IMG/VR virus record: IMGVR_UViG_3300025141_000026
DNA length: 64,000 nucleotides
Reading direction: 5' to 3' (one strand)
From: a virus
Positions 20,267-29,622 of the stretch are shown here, in pieces. Both the position numbers and the translations under genes were made by a program. Positions within the stretch are counted from its first letter, which is position 1. Each line of letters starts with the position of its first letter. The notes beneath the pieces are model-generated. The model worked only from the letters and a program-made list of their open reading frames with translations, did not search any database and was not told where the DNA came from.

Positions 20267-20674
20267 TTATAATTTTAGGTTCCTTGTGGCTTTTAGTGGA
20301 ACTATAGTATATACGATCCTCATACCAACAAAATTAGGGTCTGAATTTTTACCGGGGTTTTCTAGAAACCCATCTGGCGTCTCAACGTTGGCACTAGAGA
20401 ATACTATGTCGTCTATACGCACGAAGGGCATGTATTTTTCAACTTGTTGATTTATTTTTGCTCTTATTTCTGAGTAAGTTACAGGGTCATTTTGCTCAAA
20501 TAAGAATCGACTAATACCAACACCAAATGTTGGATCCATCACTCTCTCTCCGGGCATTGTCAAAAGTAAATTTTTCAAATTTTGTTCAACTAAGTCTGGA
20601 AAGTTTTTTACTAGTTTTATTCCGTCAAATTCATCAAGAACTATAGGTAATTTTGGAGTCAGTCCGTTAGCCAT
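20267..20674 (-). CDS. Baseplate wedge / sheath-initiator protein (gp25/GPW family)
   Basis: QNLKNLLLT.PGERVMDPTFG.GI...LFEQ and YMPFVRI, the classic gp25 signature; GAGGA SD. Confidence 0.9.
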   Translation of the reverse strand: MANGLTPKLPIVLDEFDGIKLVKNFPDLVEQNLKNLLLTMPGERVMDPTFGVGISRFLFEQNDPVTYSEIRAKINQQVEKYMPFVRIDDIVFSSANVETPDGFLENPGKNSDPNFVGMRIVYTIVPLKATRNLKL

Positions 20675-20711
20675 GTTTATTTTCCTCAGATATAAATATT
20701 ATTCATTTTGA

Positions 20712-23700
20712 TTATTTATCGTCACAAGACGAATCATCAATTGTTTTTCCTTCTTCTTCTTGTTTCTTTTTTTTCTTTTTTACCTCTCCGGGTAGTAGAG
20801 GTAAGCTATATGCTACCATTCCTGTTGGTGTCATAGGTGGACCCCATCCAATAAAAGGTGGGAATGGTAGTGGGAAGTTCACGGGGTATAGTGCTGGTAC
20901 TGATAACCATGTCATACCATCAATTGTGAGCCCAAAATCGTCTAATATCGACATTAGTTTATAATGAGGGTCTGTTTGTCTAGCATACGCTTTTACCAAT
21001 ATCAGTGCTGCTTTGGCTGCTATTTTTGCTGCTATTGCACTGCCGCTTGGACCCTTTGAGGTCATCGAATTATTCTGATCTGCCATTATTCCCGCGTTCC
21101 CACCAGATTCTTCTATTTGCTTATCTTGCTTTGACCACCACGGGTCGCCCGGAATCATATTGAAGAAGTTTGATCTAATCAATTCTTTAGTTTGATCATA
21201 TGATTTTTCAAGATTGGGGTAATTTTTTGTAGACGCAATAGTGTTGTGAATAAACAATAACGTTATAATTCTTTTTAATGGAATATCATATTCAAATAAA
21301 AGTCTATATTTTGCAGAATCTTTCAATTTTTTTCTCAAGAACTGAAATGCCAAATCGTTTACAGTTGTTGATCTGAGACCGATGGAAAGAGATTGCAACG
21401 TTACTTTCCCTCCACTAGAGGTTGAAATTGCATCAAAAAATCCAATATCGTTTTCTACAGTTACTAATGGAATTGGGAACAATTCTACAGAATTAGCTTG
21501 AATTGCTACGCCATCAGGCTTGTCTTCATCAAACACTTCAATATTTCCAATTATTTCGGTTATTTTGTAAGCTTTTTCTTTTCTAGCCTTTTGATCTACA
21601 ATACCCCCCTTGGCGTTCGGTCTAGATGCGATTATGGAAGAGTTGTAAACTTCGCTAAATGAGTAGGCTTCGTCAAGAGGTCTTGGAATTGACGAAGATT
21701 CATTGAGAGTTTCTTGCACTAAATCATCATCGAAAAGTATATTTCTCCACGAATCGGATCCGCCGACATCCATCATACCAGTTAAAAACTCATCATTTAG
21801 ATTATCACTAACCTTGGCTTTATCTCGTGGTGCGGGGGGTATATATACGAGCCTAATTCCATATTTGAAGTTTTTTACGAATTTGCTAAAATCAACTTTA
21901 GTCAAATCTAAGCTTGATTCTTCAATTATACTATCTATCTTTTGTACGAGGGAGCTTATATTGACTGCGCCGGAAGTATAAGAAAAAGACTCTGGTGGTG
22001 GCTCCTCTCCGTTGAATACAATTGACTCGTTTATTGTGGCATCCGCATCTAAATTGTCTCTGCCTCCGACTCTATTGAACCAAGCTTCGCCAAAAGCTTT
22101 TTCCTCTTCATTCAAAAATTCGTTACCTTCTATAATCAAATCCGAGTCTTCTACTCTAACATACTTTTCTAAAATAAACCCTCCAGAGTTTTTGAATAAT
22201 GGGTCAACTGGACTTAAGAATTTGAACTTATTTTTGAATTCCGCTACACTTATTGAACCTACAGCTTCACCCTGCTCATTAGTTGTAACAGGCATGGTTT
22301 TTTGAAATCTATTTTGGCTTTTATGATAAGCTACATCTATTTCTGGGACAACGTTGTCTAAGAAAATATCATTTATCTCATCCATTGGTGGATTTATTTT
22401 TTTGTCTATCAGCGGTGCAATAATTTTTAGTTGTTCTTTTATGGTATATTTCATGTAAGTTATTGGACTGGTGCTGCTCTCAAACATGAGATCAGTCTCA
22501 CTGGTGTTAGAGAGAGGGTCTATTAGCTTTTCTCCATCCTCTTCTCTCTTCTTGAGATATTTTTCATTTTGAGACAACATCTCTTTATAATATTCTTGAT
22601 CCTGTTTTTGAAGGTCGTGAATCACAAACTCTAAGATAAATTGTACCAACGCATCATCTTTTATACTTTTTTCAAAACTGTACTTGCTAAATAAGAAAAT
22701 TGTGTCGCAAACCAATTGAATGATTATCAGCCTAATGGATGCTTTTATTAAATTTACTAAATTTGTTTCTTCTATTGCTCCGGGCTTTGAACTGTTATCA
22801 TTATCATCACAAGTGTTGTTATATTGTTGTTTTGCTGATTCCTTCAAATTTTCAAGCGCTAATAGGTTGTCACAAAGATCTTTTTGAATTTGAATACTTT
22901 CACCGAGTTCTAAAGTTGCAAAATTCTCAACATTGAAAAGCTTTGACTGTGTTAGTTGAGATCCGAACATGTTGACTAAAGCAGCAAAATACGACGGTCT
23001 TTTTTGTCTAAAAAAGTTAAAAAACTGTTGCCCTGAAAGTGATCCAAAGTCTACGGTAAGACTGTCGCTAACAGATTCCCATTCATCTTTGATAATGTTC
23101 GCAAAAACTTGGTCTCTTTCGGTATAATTTGCAAAATAAACGAAACCCTCCATTAGTTCCGTTAGGGCTGGGTCTATGTCTTTTGAGCCATCTATTGTAA
23201 TATCAGGCGAGCTTCCAAGTATATCTTTCAAAGTAGATAGAGTAGAGTCGCTTCTGCCTGTAGTGCTTCTGCCTGTATTCTTATTTTCCCCAAAAGATCT
23301 TTCAGTTGAAGTAGATGTTTCTTTTTCACCAAAGAATTTTTGCGCCGACGATACGATATTTCCATCAATAAAGAATTTTACTTCTGAAGGGGCGTCATCA
23401 CACGAGTTCTGTGTTTCGATGACTTGAGGTTCCGATGAGCCAGCTTGTTCATTAAAAATTCTTTTTGTTGTCGAATCTGCCTCCTCTTGGAAAAGACTCA
23501 AATCAGTGTTTGTTGTTCGTGCGTCTACGTTTATAAGCCCCTTTGCTGTTTTTTGAGGCAAAGCTATTGTCCAAGTATCTTGAACCACGCTGGATTCTCC
23601 TTCAGATCGCTTTTTAGAAAAATAATAAAAAGGATACTGTTCGGTTTGGAGAGTTGTCCCCGGAAGGGGGTTCTCTGAAGCGCTTCCACTATCTTTATCG

Positions 23701-26700
23701 AAACTGTCAAGAGAGCTTTCAACTAGACCTTTTGCATCATTTATATCAGACTGTATGCCTTTCATATTGCTGCTTATTGAGTCAAAATCAACTGAAAATG
23801 GCGAAGAGGGGTTGCTTTCTATAAAGTTCAATTTGTTTTTTAAAGATCCGGACACTTTTTGAAGATCGTTCAATAGCCTTTGTGCCTTTTCCAATTCTGC
23901 AAATGATTTTGATTTTACAGGTCTCGTTCCAGTAGGGATTATTTTTAGTCCTTTGTTTTTCTCTAACAAGCCCTCCTGCTCATAAATAAAGCTAGTTTTT
24001 CTACTCAATAATTTTTTTACCTTTGGAGCAATTTGCACATCGAGTCTTCTAAATGGAACTGCGATTTGATCGAACTGAGCTTGTTGCTCGCCTTCGAGTT
24101 CTCCCAGCAAGCCCGATTCAAAATCTGCATCAAAACTATTAATCTTTAGTTGTTGTTTTAGAACTTCATACTGGTCCTCATCTACAGTTGGATTTCTAAA
24201 CTTTTGTTCTGAATAAGTTTCCATTATTGAATTTGCCTCTTCAGAAAAGTTCATTTTGATTGGGTCAAATATAGCTTTGATTACCTTATTATTGAGGTAA
24301 TCGATTGTGGGATGATTTTTATTTATAAAACCGCTGATGGGTATGGATAAGCCTGTTGGATTAGAATTGACAGAAGATCCACAATTATCTATTGGATTTG
24401 GTAACTTGCCCTTTAGGACATCTGTACCAGCAGCAAGACTTAAAAGTTCTGCTAATTTTTCTCTGTTTATTCTGTCCTCTTCATTTAGTTGTGTACTTAT
24501 GCATTCATCATCTAATTTATCTTCCAAAGCAGTTTGTCGAGCGTTTCTTGATGCTGAAGTACCGGGGGAAAAATTATCTCCGAGAAGCATATCTTTTTCT
24601 TCTTCGCATAATAATCCACTGACATTTGGAAGTATGTCAGTTAGTGCAGTTCTAACATTGTCTAAAAGGTCCGGATTTGCTAATTTTCCTAAATCTCTAA
24701 ATAATTGTTGGGTTGAAGAGTTGGTATTTATGGCTCTAAACATTACAGGAGATATGTCTTTGATCTTTCTATCAACAGCATCCAAAGTTTCAGTTTTAGG
24801 AATTCCCTCTAATAGATCAACAGCTTCTAAGGGGGTTATTATTTCTGAAACTTGTGCGATGACCTCTTTTGGTGGATTTTTATCCATTTCAGCCTTCGGT
24901 ATACCTATCGATTGAAACAGCCCATTAGCTCCGTCTTGAATAAGATTGTTTATATCTTCTCCGCCATAAATAATTGGTACTCCGTCAGTTCCATTCAAGC
25001 CAACATCAGTGGAGGTAGAGAAAATTTCATCGTACACTACTTGTAACAATTCGCATGTGATTTCAATAAGAATTTCTGCCAATGTTTGATTTAAACCATC
25101 ATTTAGTTCTTGAGTGATGCCCTTCATTGTGTCATCTATTTTTTGAAGAGAAAAGTTTGGCAATGTTGGTGGCTTGGGAAGCTTAACTGCGGGTATATTT
25201 ATAGACAAGCTTCCCGGTGATGGTATGTCTAAACCATCTACAGAGCCTACAGAACTGATTGAATCAAAGATTTCCGGTATTGATATTTTTACTGCACTAA
25301 GTAAATCTTCAGGAGCAGTTAGCATTTTTATGAGGTCTGTTCTCTGTGAACTACATTCTGTTAAAGTGTTCTTGCTCGATGGATATTTTTGTGGGTTGTT
25401 TTGTGATAAGCAATTTGCATCCTCAACTGGTAATGTCGAATATTTTGGATCATCTATTTTTTCTGTGCACTGCTTGCTTGTAGGTTTCTGCAAATTTAAA
25501 TTGCCAAAATATTCAACCAATTTATCAATATGATCGTCTGAAAAGCCTTCCAGTCCACCTATTTCTATCTCTCCTTTCAAAAAGTTTTCTGCTAATTTTA
25601 TTTTACCTATTGTTATTGAGGGTAGCGAATTGAATAATTTGCCCAGTTTCATTTCTCCCAGAGCAGGAGAGTCAATAGAAGCTAGAGCAAATGATGATTG
25701 CATATCTCCGAAAGACATGTTTTTCATTAGAGAGATTGAACCCAAAGATGCTAATTTTTGAATATCTATCTTATCAAACACTAAATTGAATAATTCTTCT
25801 AATCCATCCCCATTACTTGGGAGATTGCACAAAATATCTGTAATTGCTGGTAGTGCTGCTGTAAAAGAGTCTCCAATAAAGTCCTTCTCTTTTGATCTAG
25901 TCGAAGCTAACTCTAATTTTAATTCTGGTGAGCCCAGTTCTATATCTTGTGATAATTTGCCAGAGGATGTCAGGACATCCTTTTCATCAAGTTTATCTGC
26001 CATTCTGTTAGCAGCGTTTTTTATTTGCCCAAGAGGTGCGGGGCTTGATAATATCACCTTTGGTCTAGGGTAGGTGTATTCTGACGCAAGAGTAGTCCAT
26101 CCGTTATTTTGTGAAGTGTTGGGTTCCCCCATTTCTATTATTTCATCTAGATATGACAAGTATGCTATTGTTCTAGAAAATTTTATAGGGCTAGATGATG
26201 TAAACTTATCAAAAAACTTCTTCACCCTTATCGGTCTTCCTGCTGAAGAATACTCAACATAGAGCACCGAGTAGTTGTCAGGAATGATGCCTATTTCTAT
26301 CTCGTCTTCGGAATCCCTGCCGTATCTAATTCCGTTCTCTTCAATAAATTTTTGTAAAACAATTGGAAATAATCGAAGTCTTTTTATCTCTTCTTCTAAG
26401 TCTAAAAATTCAATTACACCAGTGAATTTTTCAACTTGCATTTGGTGAGCAGACATAACGTCTGTAGCTTTTTTTATCTTGTGAGATAAATTACAAGTTA
26501 TGAAAGAGATGGTTTGAGTTGCATGATCTTTAGGAGCCTCAATTCTAGATTGCAGTGCATCAAAATATTTTGCTGGTATTCTTACAATCATTCTCAACTT
26601 TGATTCTGGTCTTGTGCCTAAATACCAGTTTGGTTGCTTGCCCTTGTAAAAAGGAAGCTTACTGTAAGCAAATTGAAAAATATCACTTGTCAAATAATCT

Positions 26701-28661
26701 AAGCTTTGTGATAAATTGTCATCATTTCTAAATAAGGGTTCTTTATTGTGAGAGCGCATCAAAACTTCAATTCCGCGCCTAATTGCAACTGGTTCTAAAT
26801 CCTGTACTTTTGTAGAGCACTTTTCACTTCCCAAAGAATCTATCTTTTGCCCACTTTCTGGATCTATTGGTTCTACAACTACCGAATAAGCTTTGAAGTA
26901 GTTGTCAAAAAATACTGTTTCATCCTTAAACTTTGACCAATTTACGGGCTTTTTTGCTGATTCATAATCAATATACACTCTCTTCAGAGAGGGCAACTCA
27001 CTGGGGAGTTTTGTGAGGAGACAAGATCGCACAAATAATGGAGCTTTAGACTTATAAAATTTAGTATCTGGGTCAACGAATTCGACCCGATGGTATTTCC
27101 CTTTTCCCAAAACGATATACTCATCTGTGACTTTTATGGTTGCGCCGGGAGTAAGTGTTGCAGCAATCACTTTTTGGCTGGAGCTTGGTCTTTTTGCTAT
27201 TATTATTTTGTTATTTTTTAGATACTTGGAATAAAATTTCTTCTCTTCAAAGTCACCATTTTTTACCTTATCTATTGCTAAGTTATTTATGTAATGTGTT
27301 GCTCCGGGGAATACGTTTCCAATTTGAAAAGGTTCCTGCTCTTCAGAGTCTGTCAAATCAATTTTTAGATTCTTGACTATTTGATCTTTTTTTGTAAATT
27401 CAAATGCCGCTTTGTCAGCGTCAAAATTACCCTCATCAAGATCTACAATATCTCCAAGAGGCTTATCTATTGCATGACCGGGAATAACAAGTTTTGGCAG
27501 CGACTCTACTGTCCCCCCGGTGTCCTTATCAAGTGTAAAAACTTTTTTTATAAATTCGTTATATTCGGTTAGAGCTTTGCCAAAACTGTGCTCTACTAAG
27601 CCACGAGGTTCGAGAAACTTGTCAATAAATGATTCAGCGTGTATTTTTATTTCACTCTTGTAGACTGGTGCCGACAAACTTGCGTCTTGGTAATTATCTT
27701 GTTGAAATGATATAGATGAATCTTTATCCCATAACGCAGACCATTCCATTACCCAATGTGGCTTATCATACGGGTCATTGAGTGGGTCATACAGTCCTGA
27801 AACGACTGATGTCCCAAGGTTGTTGGCATAGTATTCCACTTGAGTGTCCGGACTTTCTGGTGAACTTGGATCATATTTTGTACCATAGGAGGGGTGCTCT
27901 TCTGGTCTCAAAATGCTTCGGTCTGGGTCTCCCTGTCTTGTGTCTTCCGGAAATGACTGTATATTAAACTCTTCTCCTATTGCATCTTTTACAGAGTCTA
28001 TCCATTTTTTTGGTGGCTCTGTAATATAAGATGGAACATCTTTATAAACATATCCCTTTGATAGCATGTAAATATAAAATTCTTCACTAGCGTACATGGA
28101 CATGACAGCGTTGACTAGTGATTTTTTAGCTGCTGTTGTTGTTGGGTTTGCATCAGGAGATACATCTGAGCCATACACCTCGGAAGCTTGAATCGCTTGG
28201 TCTGGATCATCCGGGTCACTTCCTAACCAATTGGCGGTTCCGAAAGAGGCATACAATTCACCCCATCCTTTAGACGTGCATACAAAAACTGGGTCTATGT
28301 CTTGGCTTACATTGAATCCTGTTCCTTGGTCATTTATTGAAACCAATTTTTCAGTTATTACTACTTGTTTTGCTTCAGATGTATCTACATTACCAAATGC
28401 ATCAGTAATAATACCTTCCATAGAAGTCGATATTTTTACTGGTGGTTCAGCTTTCCCGGAATTGTTAAATGCAAATGAGGAATTATATTCTTGTCCATCG
28501 TTTGTTACAAAACTTTGTAAAGCATAGTTGCTACCACCTAAATAATTTTCAGGAGCTATTTTTTCAAAATATTCTCTAGGAACTCCATACCAAGTAGATT
28601 TAGGATTTCCGGGTATGAAGCCGCCACTGCTTTTGTATATATCGCCTGTATTTTTAGCCAT
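20712..28661 (-). CDS. Giant hypothetical virion protein (2649 aa), possible SH3b-like domain
   Basis: Long, largely helical, acidic ORF between the spike and gp25 genes. KRPSSSQKVIAATLTPGATIKV...KYHRVEF resembles bacterial SH3. Hydrophobic Pro-rich C-terminus. Confidence 0.55.
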   Translation of the reverse strand: MAKNTGDIYKSSGGFIPGNPKSTWYGVPREYFEKIAPENYLGGSNYALQSFVTNDGQEYNSSFAFNNSGKAEPPVKISTSMEGIITDAFGNVDTSEAKQVVITEKLVSINDQGTGFNVSQDIDPVFVCTSKGWGELYASFGTANWLGSDPDDPDQAIQASEVYGSDVSPDANPTTTAAKKSLVNAVMSMYASEEFYIYMLSKGYVYKDVPSYITEPPKKWIDSVKDAIGEEFNIQSFPEDTRQGDPDRSILRPEEHPSYGTKYDPSSPESPDTQVEYYANNLGTSVVSGLYDPLNDPYDKPHWVMEWSALWDKDSSISFQQDNYQDASLSAPVYKSEIKIHAESFIDKFLEPRGLVEHSFGKALTEYNEFIKKVFTLDKDTGGTVESLPKLVIPGHAIDKPLGDIVDLDEGNFDADKAAFEFTKKDQIVKNLKIDLTDSEEQEPFQIGNVFPGATHYINNLAIDKVKNGDFEEKKFYSKYLKNNKIIIAKRPSSSQKVIAATLTPGATIKVTDEYIVLGKGKYHRVEFVDPDTKFYKSKAPLFVRSCLLTKLPSELPSLKRVYIDYESAKKPVNWSKFKDETVFFDNYFKAYSVVVEPIDPESGQKIDSLGSEKCSTKVQDLEPVAIRRGIEVLMRSHNKEPLFRNDDNLSQSLDYLTSDIFQFAYSKLPFYKGKQPNWYLGTRPESKLRMIVRIPAKYFDALQSRIEAPKDHATQTISFITCNLSHKIKKATDVMSAHQMQVEKFTGVIEFLDLEEEIKRLRLFPIVLQKFIEENGIRYGRDSEDEIEIGIIPDNYSVLYVEYSSAGRPIRVKKFFDKFTSSSPIKFSRTIAYLSYLDEIIEMGEPNTSQNNGWTTLASEYTYPRPKVILSSPAPLGQIKNAANRMADKLDEKDVLTSSGKLSQDIELGSPELKLELASTRSKEKDFIGDSFTAALPAITDILCNLPSNGDGLEELFNLVFDKIDIQKLASLGSISLMKNMSFGDMQSSFALASIDSPALGEMKLGKLFNSLPSITIGKIKLAENFLKGEIEIGGLEGFSDDHIDKLVEYFGNLNLQKPTSKQCTEKIDDPKYSTLPVEDANCLSQNNPQKYPSSKNTLTECSSQRTDLIKMLTAPEDLLSAVKISIPEIFDSISSVGSVDGLDIPSPGSLSINIPAVKLPKPPTLPNFSLQKIDDTMKGITQELNDGLNQTLAEILIEITCELLQVVYDEIFSTSTDVGLNGTDGVPIIYGGEDINNLIQDGANGLFQSIGIPKAEMDKNPPKEVIAQVSEIITPLEAVDLLEGIPKTETLDAVDRKIKDISPVMFRAINTNSSTQQLFRDLGKLANPDLLDNVRTALTDILPNVSGLLCEEEKDMLLGDNFSPGTSASRNARQTALEDKLDDECISTQLNEEDRINREKLAELLSLAAGTDVLKGKLPNPIDNCGSSVNSNPTGLSIPISGFINKNHPTIDYLNNKVIKAIFDPIKMNFSEEANSIMETYSEQKFRNPTVDEDQYEVLKQQLKINSFDADFESGLLGELEGEQQAQFDQIAVPFRRLDVQIAPKVKKLLSRKTSFIYEQEGLLEKNKGLKIIPTGTRPVKSKSFAELEKAQRLLNDLQKVSGSLKNKLNFIESNPSSPFSVDFDSISSNMKGIQSDINDAKGLVESSLDSFDKDSGSASENPLPGTTLQTEQYPFYYFSKKRSEGESSVVQDTWTIALPQKTAKGLINVDARTTNTDLSLFQEEADSTTKRIFNEQAGSSEPQVIETQNSCDDAPSEVKFFIDGNIVSSAQKFFGEKETSTSTERSFGENKNTGRSTTGRSDSTLSTLKDILGSSPDITIDGSKDIDPALTELMEGFVYFANYTERDQVFANIIKDEWESVSDSLTVDFGSLSGQQFFNFFRQKRPSYFAALVNMFGSQLTQSKLFNVENFATLELGESIQIQKDLCDNLLALENLKESAKQQYNNTCDDNDNSSKPGAIEETNLVNLIKASIRLIIIQLVCDTIFLFSKYSFEKSIKDDALVQFILEFVIHDLQKQDQEYYKEMLSQNEKYLKKREEDGEKLIDPLSNTSETDLMFESSTSPITYMKYTIKEQLKIIAPLIDKKINPPMDEINDIFLDNVVPEIDVAYHKSQNRFQKTMPVTTNEQGEAVGSISVAEFKNKFKFLSPVDPLFKNSGGFILEKYVRVEDSDLIIEGNEFLNEEEKAFGEAWFNRVGGRDNLDADATINESIVFNGEEPPPESFSYTSGAVNISSLVQKIDSIIEESSLDLTKVDFSKFVKNFKYGIRLVYIPPAPRDKAKVSDNLNDEFLTGMMDVGGSDSWRNILFDDDLVQETLNESSSIPRPLDEAYSFSEVYNSSIIASRPNAKGGIVDQKARKEKAYKITEIIGNIEVFDEDKPDGVAIQANSVELFPIPLVTVENDIGFFDAISTSSGGKVTLQSLSIGLRSTTVNDLAFQFLRKKLKDSAKYRLLFEYDIPLKRIITLLFIHNTIASTKNYPNLEKSYDQTKELIRSNFFNMIPGDPWWSKQDKQIEESGGNAGIMADQNNSMTSKGPSGSAIAAKIAAKAALILVKAYARQTDPHYKLMSILDDFGLTIDGMTWLSVPALYPVNFPLPFPPFIGWGPPMTPTGMVAYSLPLLPGEVKKKKKKQEEEGKTIDDSSCDDK

Positions 28662-28674
28662 TATATTCCTTTAC

Positions 28675-29607
28675 CTAATTTACACTATTGAACCTGCTGT
28701 TAATGTATTTACCACCAGATTTACTTAAGTAGGTTTGTTTAAACAATCCTAAATTGATTTTTTGCTTGAGAAGTGACGCTTTTGTTTTTTGTAGGTGGCT
28801 TATCATTGTTCTTATCCCTTTTGACATCAAGACTGTTGAAGGTGTTGTTGGGGCGGCAAAATACGGAGATGTGTGGAAATGCGATGTAATTGCCTCGTTG
28901 AATTCAAATTGCGCCATCAGTAGCGTATCAACAACACCAGTTAAATTATCAAGGTGGTCTACCAATTCTCCCAATCCTTCAACGAGGTTTTCACCTTTCA
29001 CTAAGGACTGTAAGTCTGAATCATCGTTTCCTGCTATCAAATCAATGCCAAGAACACTTTTTATTTCTCCACCTTGAGAGTTTTTTTTGTCCGTTGTTGT
29101 TACAAGCTTTATACTTTCTCTACCAACTATTCTAACGTTGTCTGCCTTTATTCCGATTCCAGATCTACTTTTTGTATTTCCAACTTTTCCCGCTGCCAGA
29201 TCAAAATATTTATCAATATCCGTTTTTTGACTTATGTATATTCTTGCAGCATCCTTTTTGAAGCTGGGATTTATAAAGAGGCTTTCTCCATCGGCGTCAA
29301 ACGCTTCAACTTCGCTACCCATCCTTCCTGCAACAATATCAATGGAGGCGCATTGCGTGTCGCCTTTCCCGCCGTAGCCGCTCATTCTACTAGCATTTCT
29401 GTCACGCCCTAAAACAATCCAAGAGTTGTTTTCATTTGTCATTACATTTTCAGATGGAGTTGACAAAAAATTAGGAATTGGTTCATATAATTTATCTCCT
29501 GCAACCCCTTTAGCCGCAGCTTTAGCTATCTCGTTTTGTTTTCCTAAAAAGTCTTGAACTTTTTTGTTCGCGCCCTTGAATAATACTGCTTTCTTAAAAT
29601 TTGACAT
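28675..29607 (-). CDS. Baseplate central spike (gp5 C-terminal / gpV-like)
   Basis: Beta-strand repeats (IVLGRDR, ARIYISQKTD, IGIKADNVRIVGRESIKLV), VKGENL and an HFH (HxH) metal-binding tip motif; adjacent to the OB-fold hub gene. Confidence 0.6.
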   Translation of the reverse strand: MSNFKKAVLFKGANKKVQDFLGKQNEIAKAAAKGVAGDKLYEPIPNFLSTPSENVMTNENNSWIVLGRDRNASRMSGYGGKGDTQCASIDIVAGRMGSEVEAFDADGESLFINPSFKKDAARIYISQKTDIDKYFDLAAGKVGNTKSRSGIGIKADNVRIVGRESIKLVTTTDKKNSQGGEIKSVLGIDLIAGNDDSDLQSLVKGENLVEGLGELVDHLDNLTGVVDTLLMAQFEFNEAITSHFHTSPYFAAPTTPSTVLMSKGIRTMISHLQKTKASLLKQKINLGLFKQTYLSKSGGKYINSRFNSVN

Positions 29608-29622
29608 TATAAAAACCCCTCT

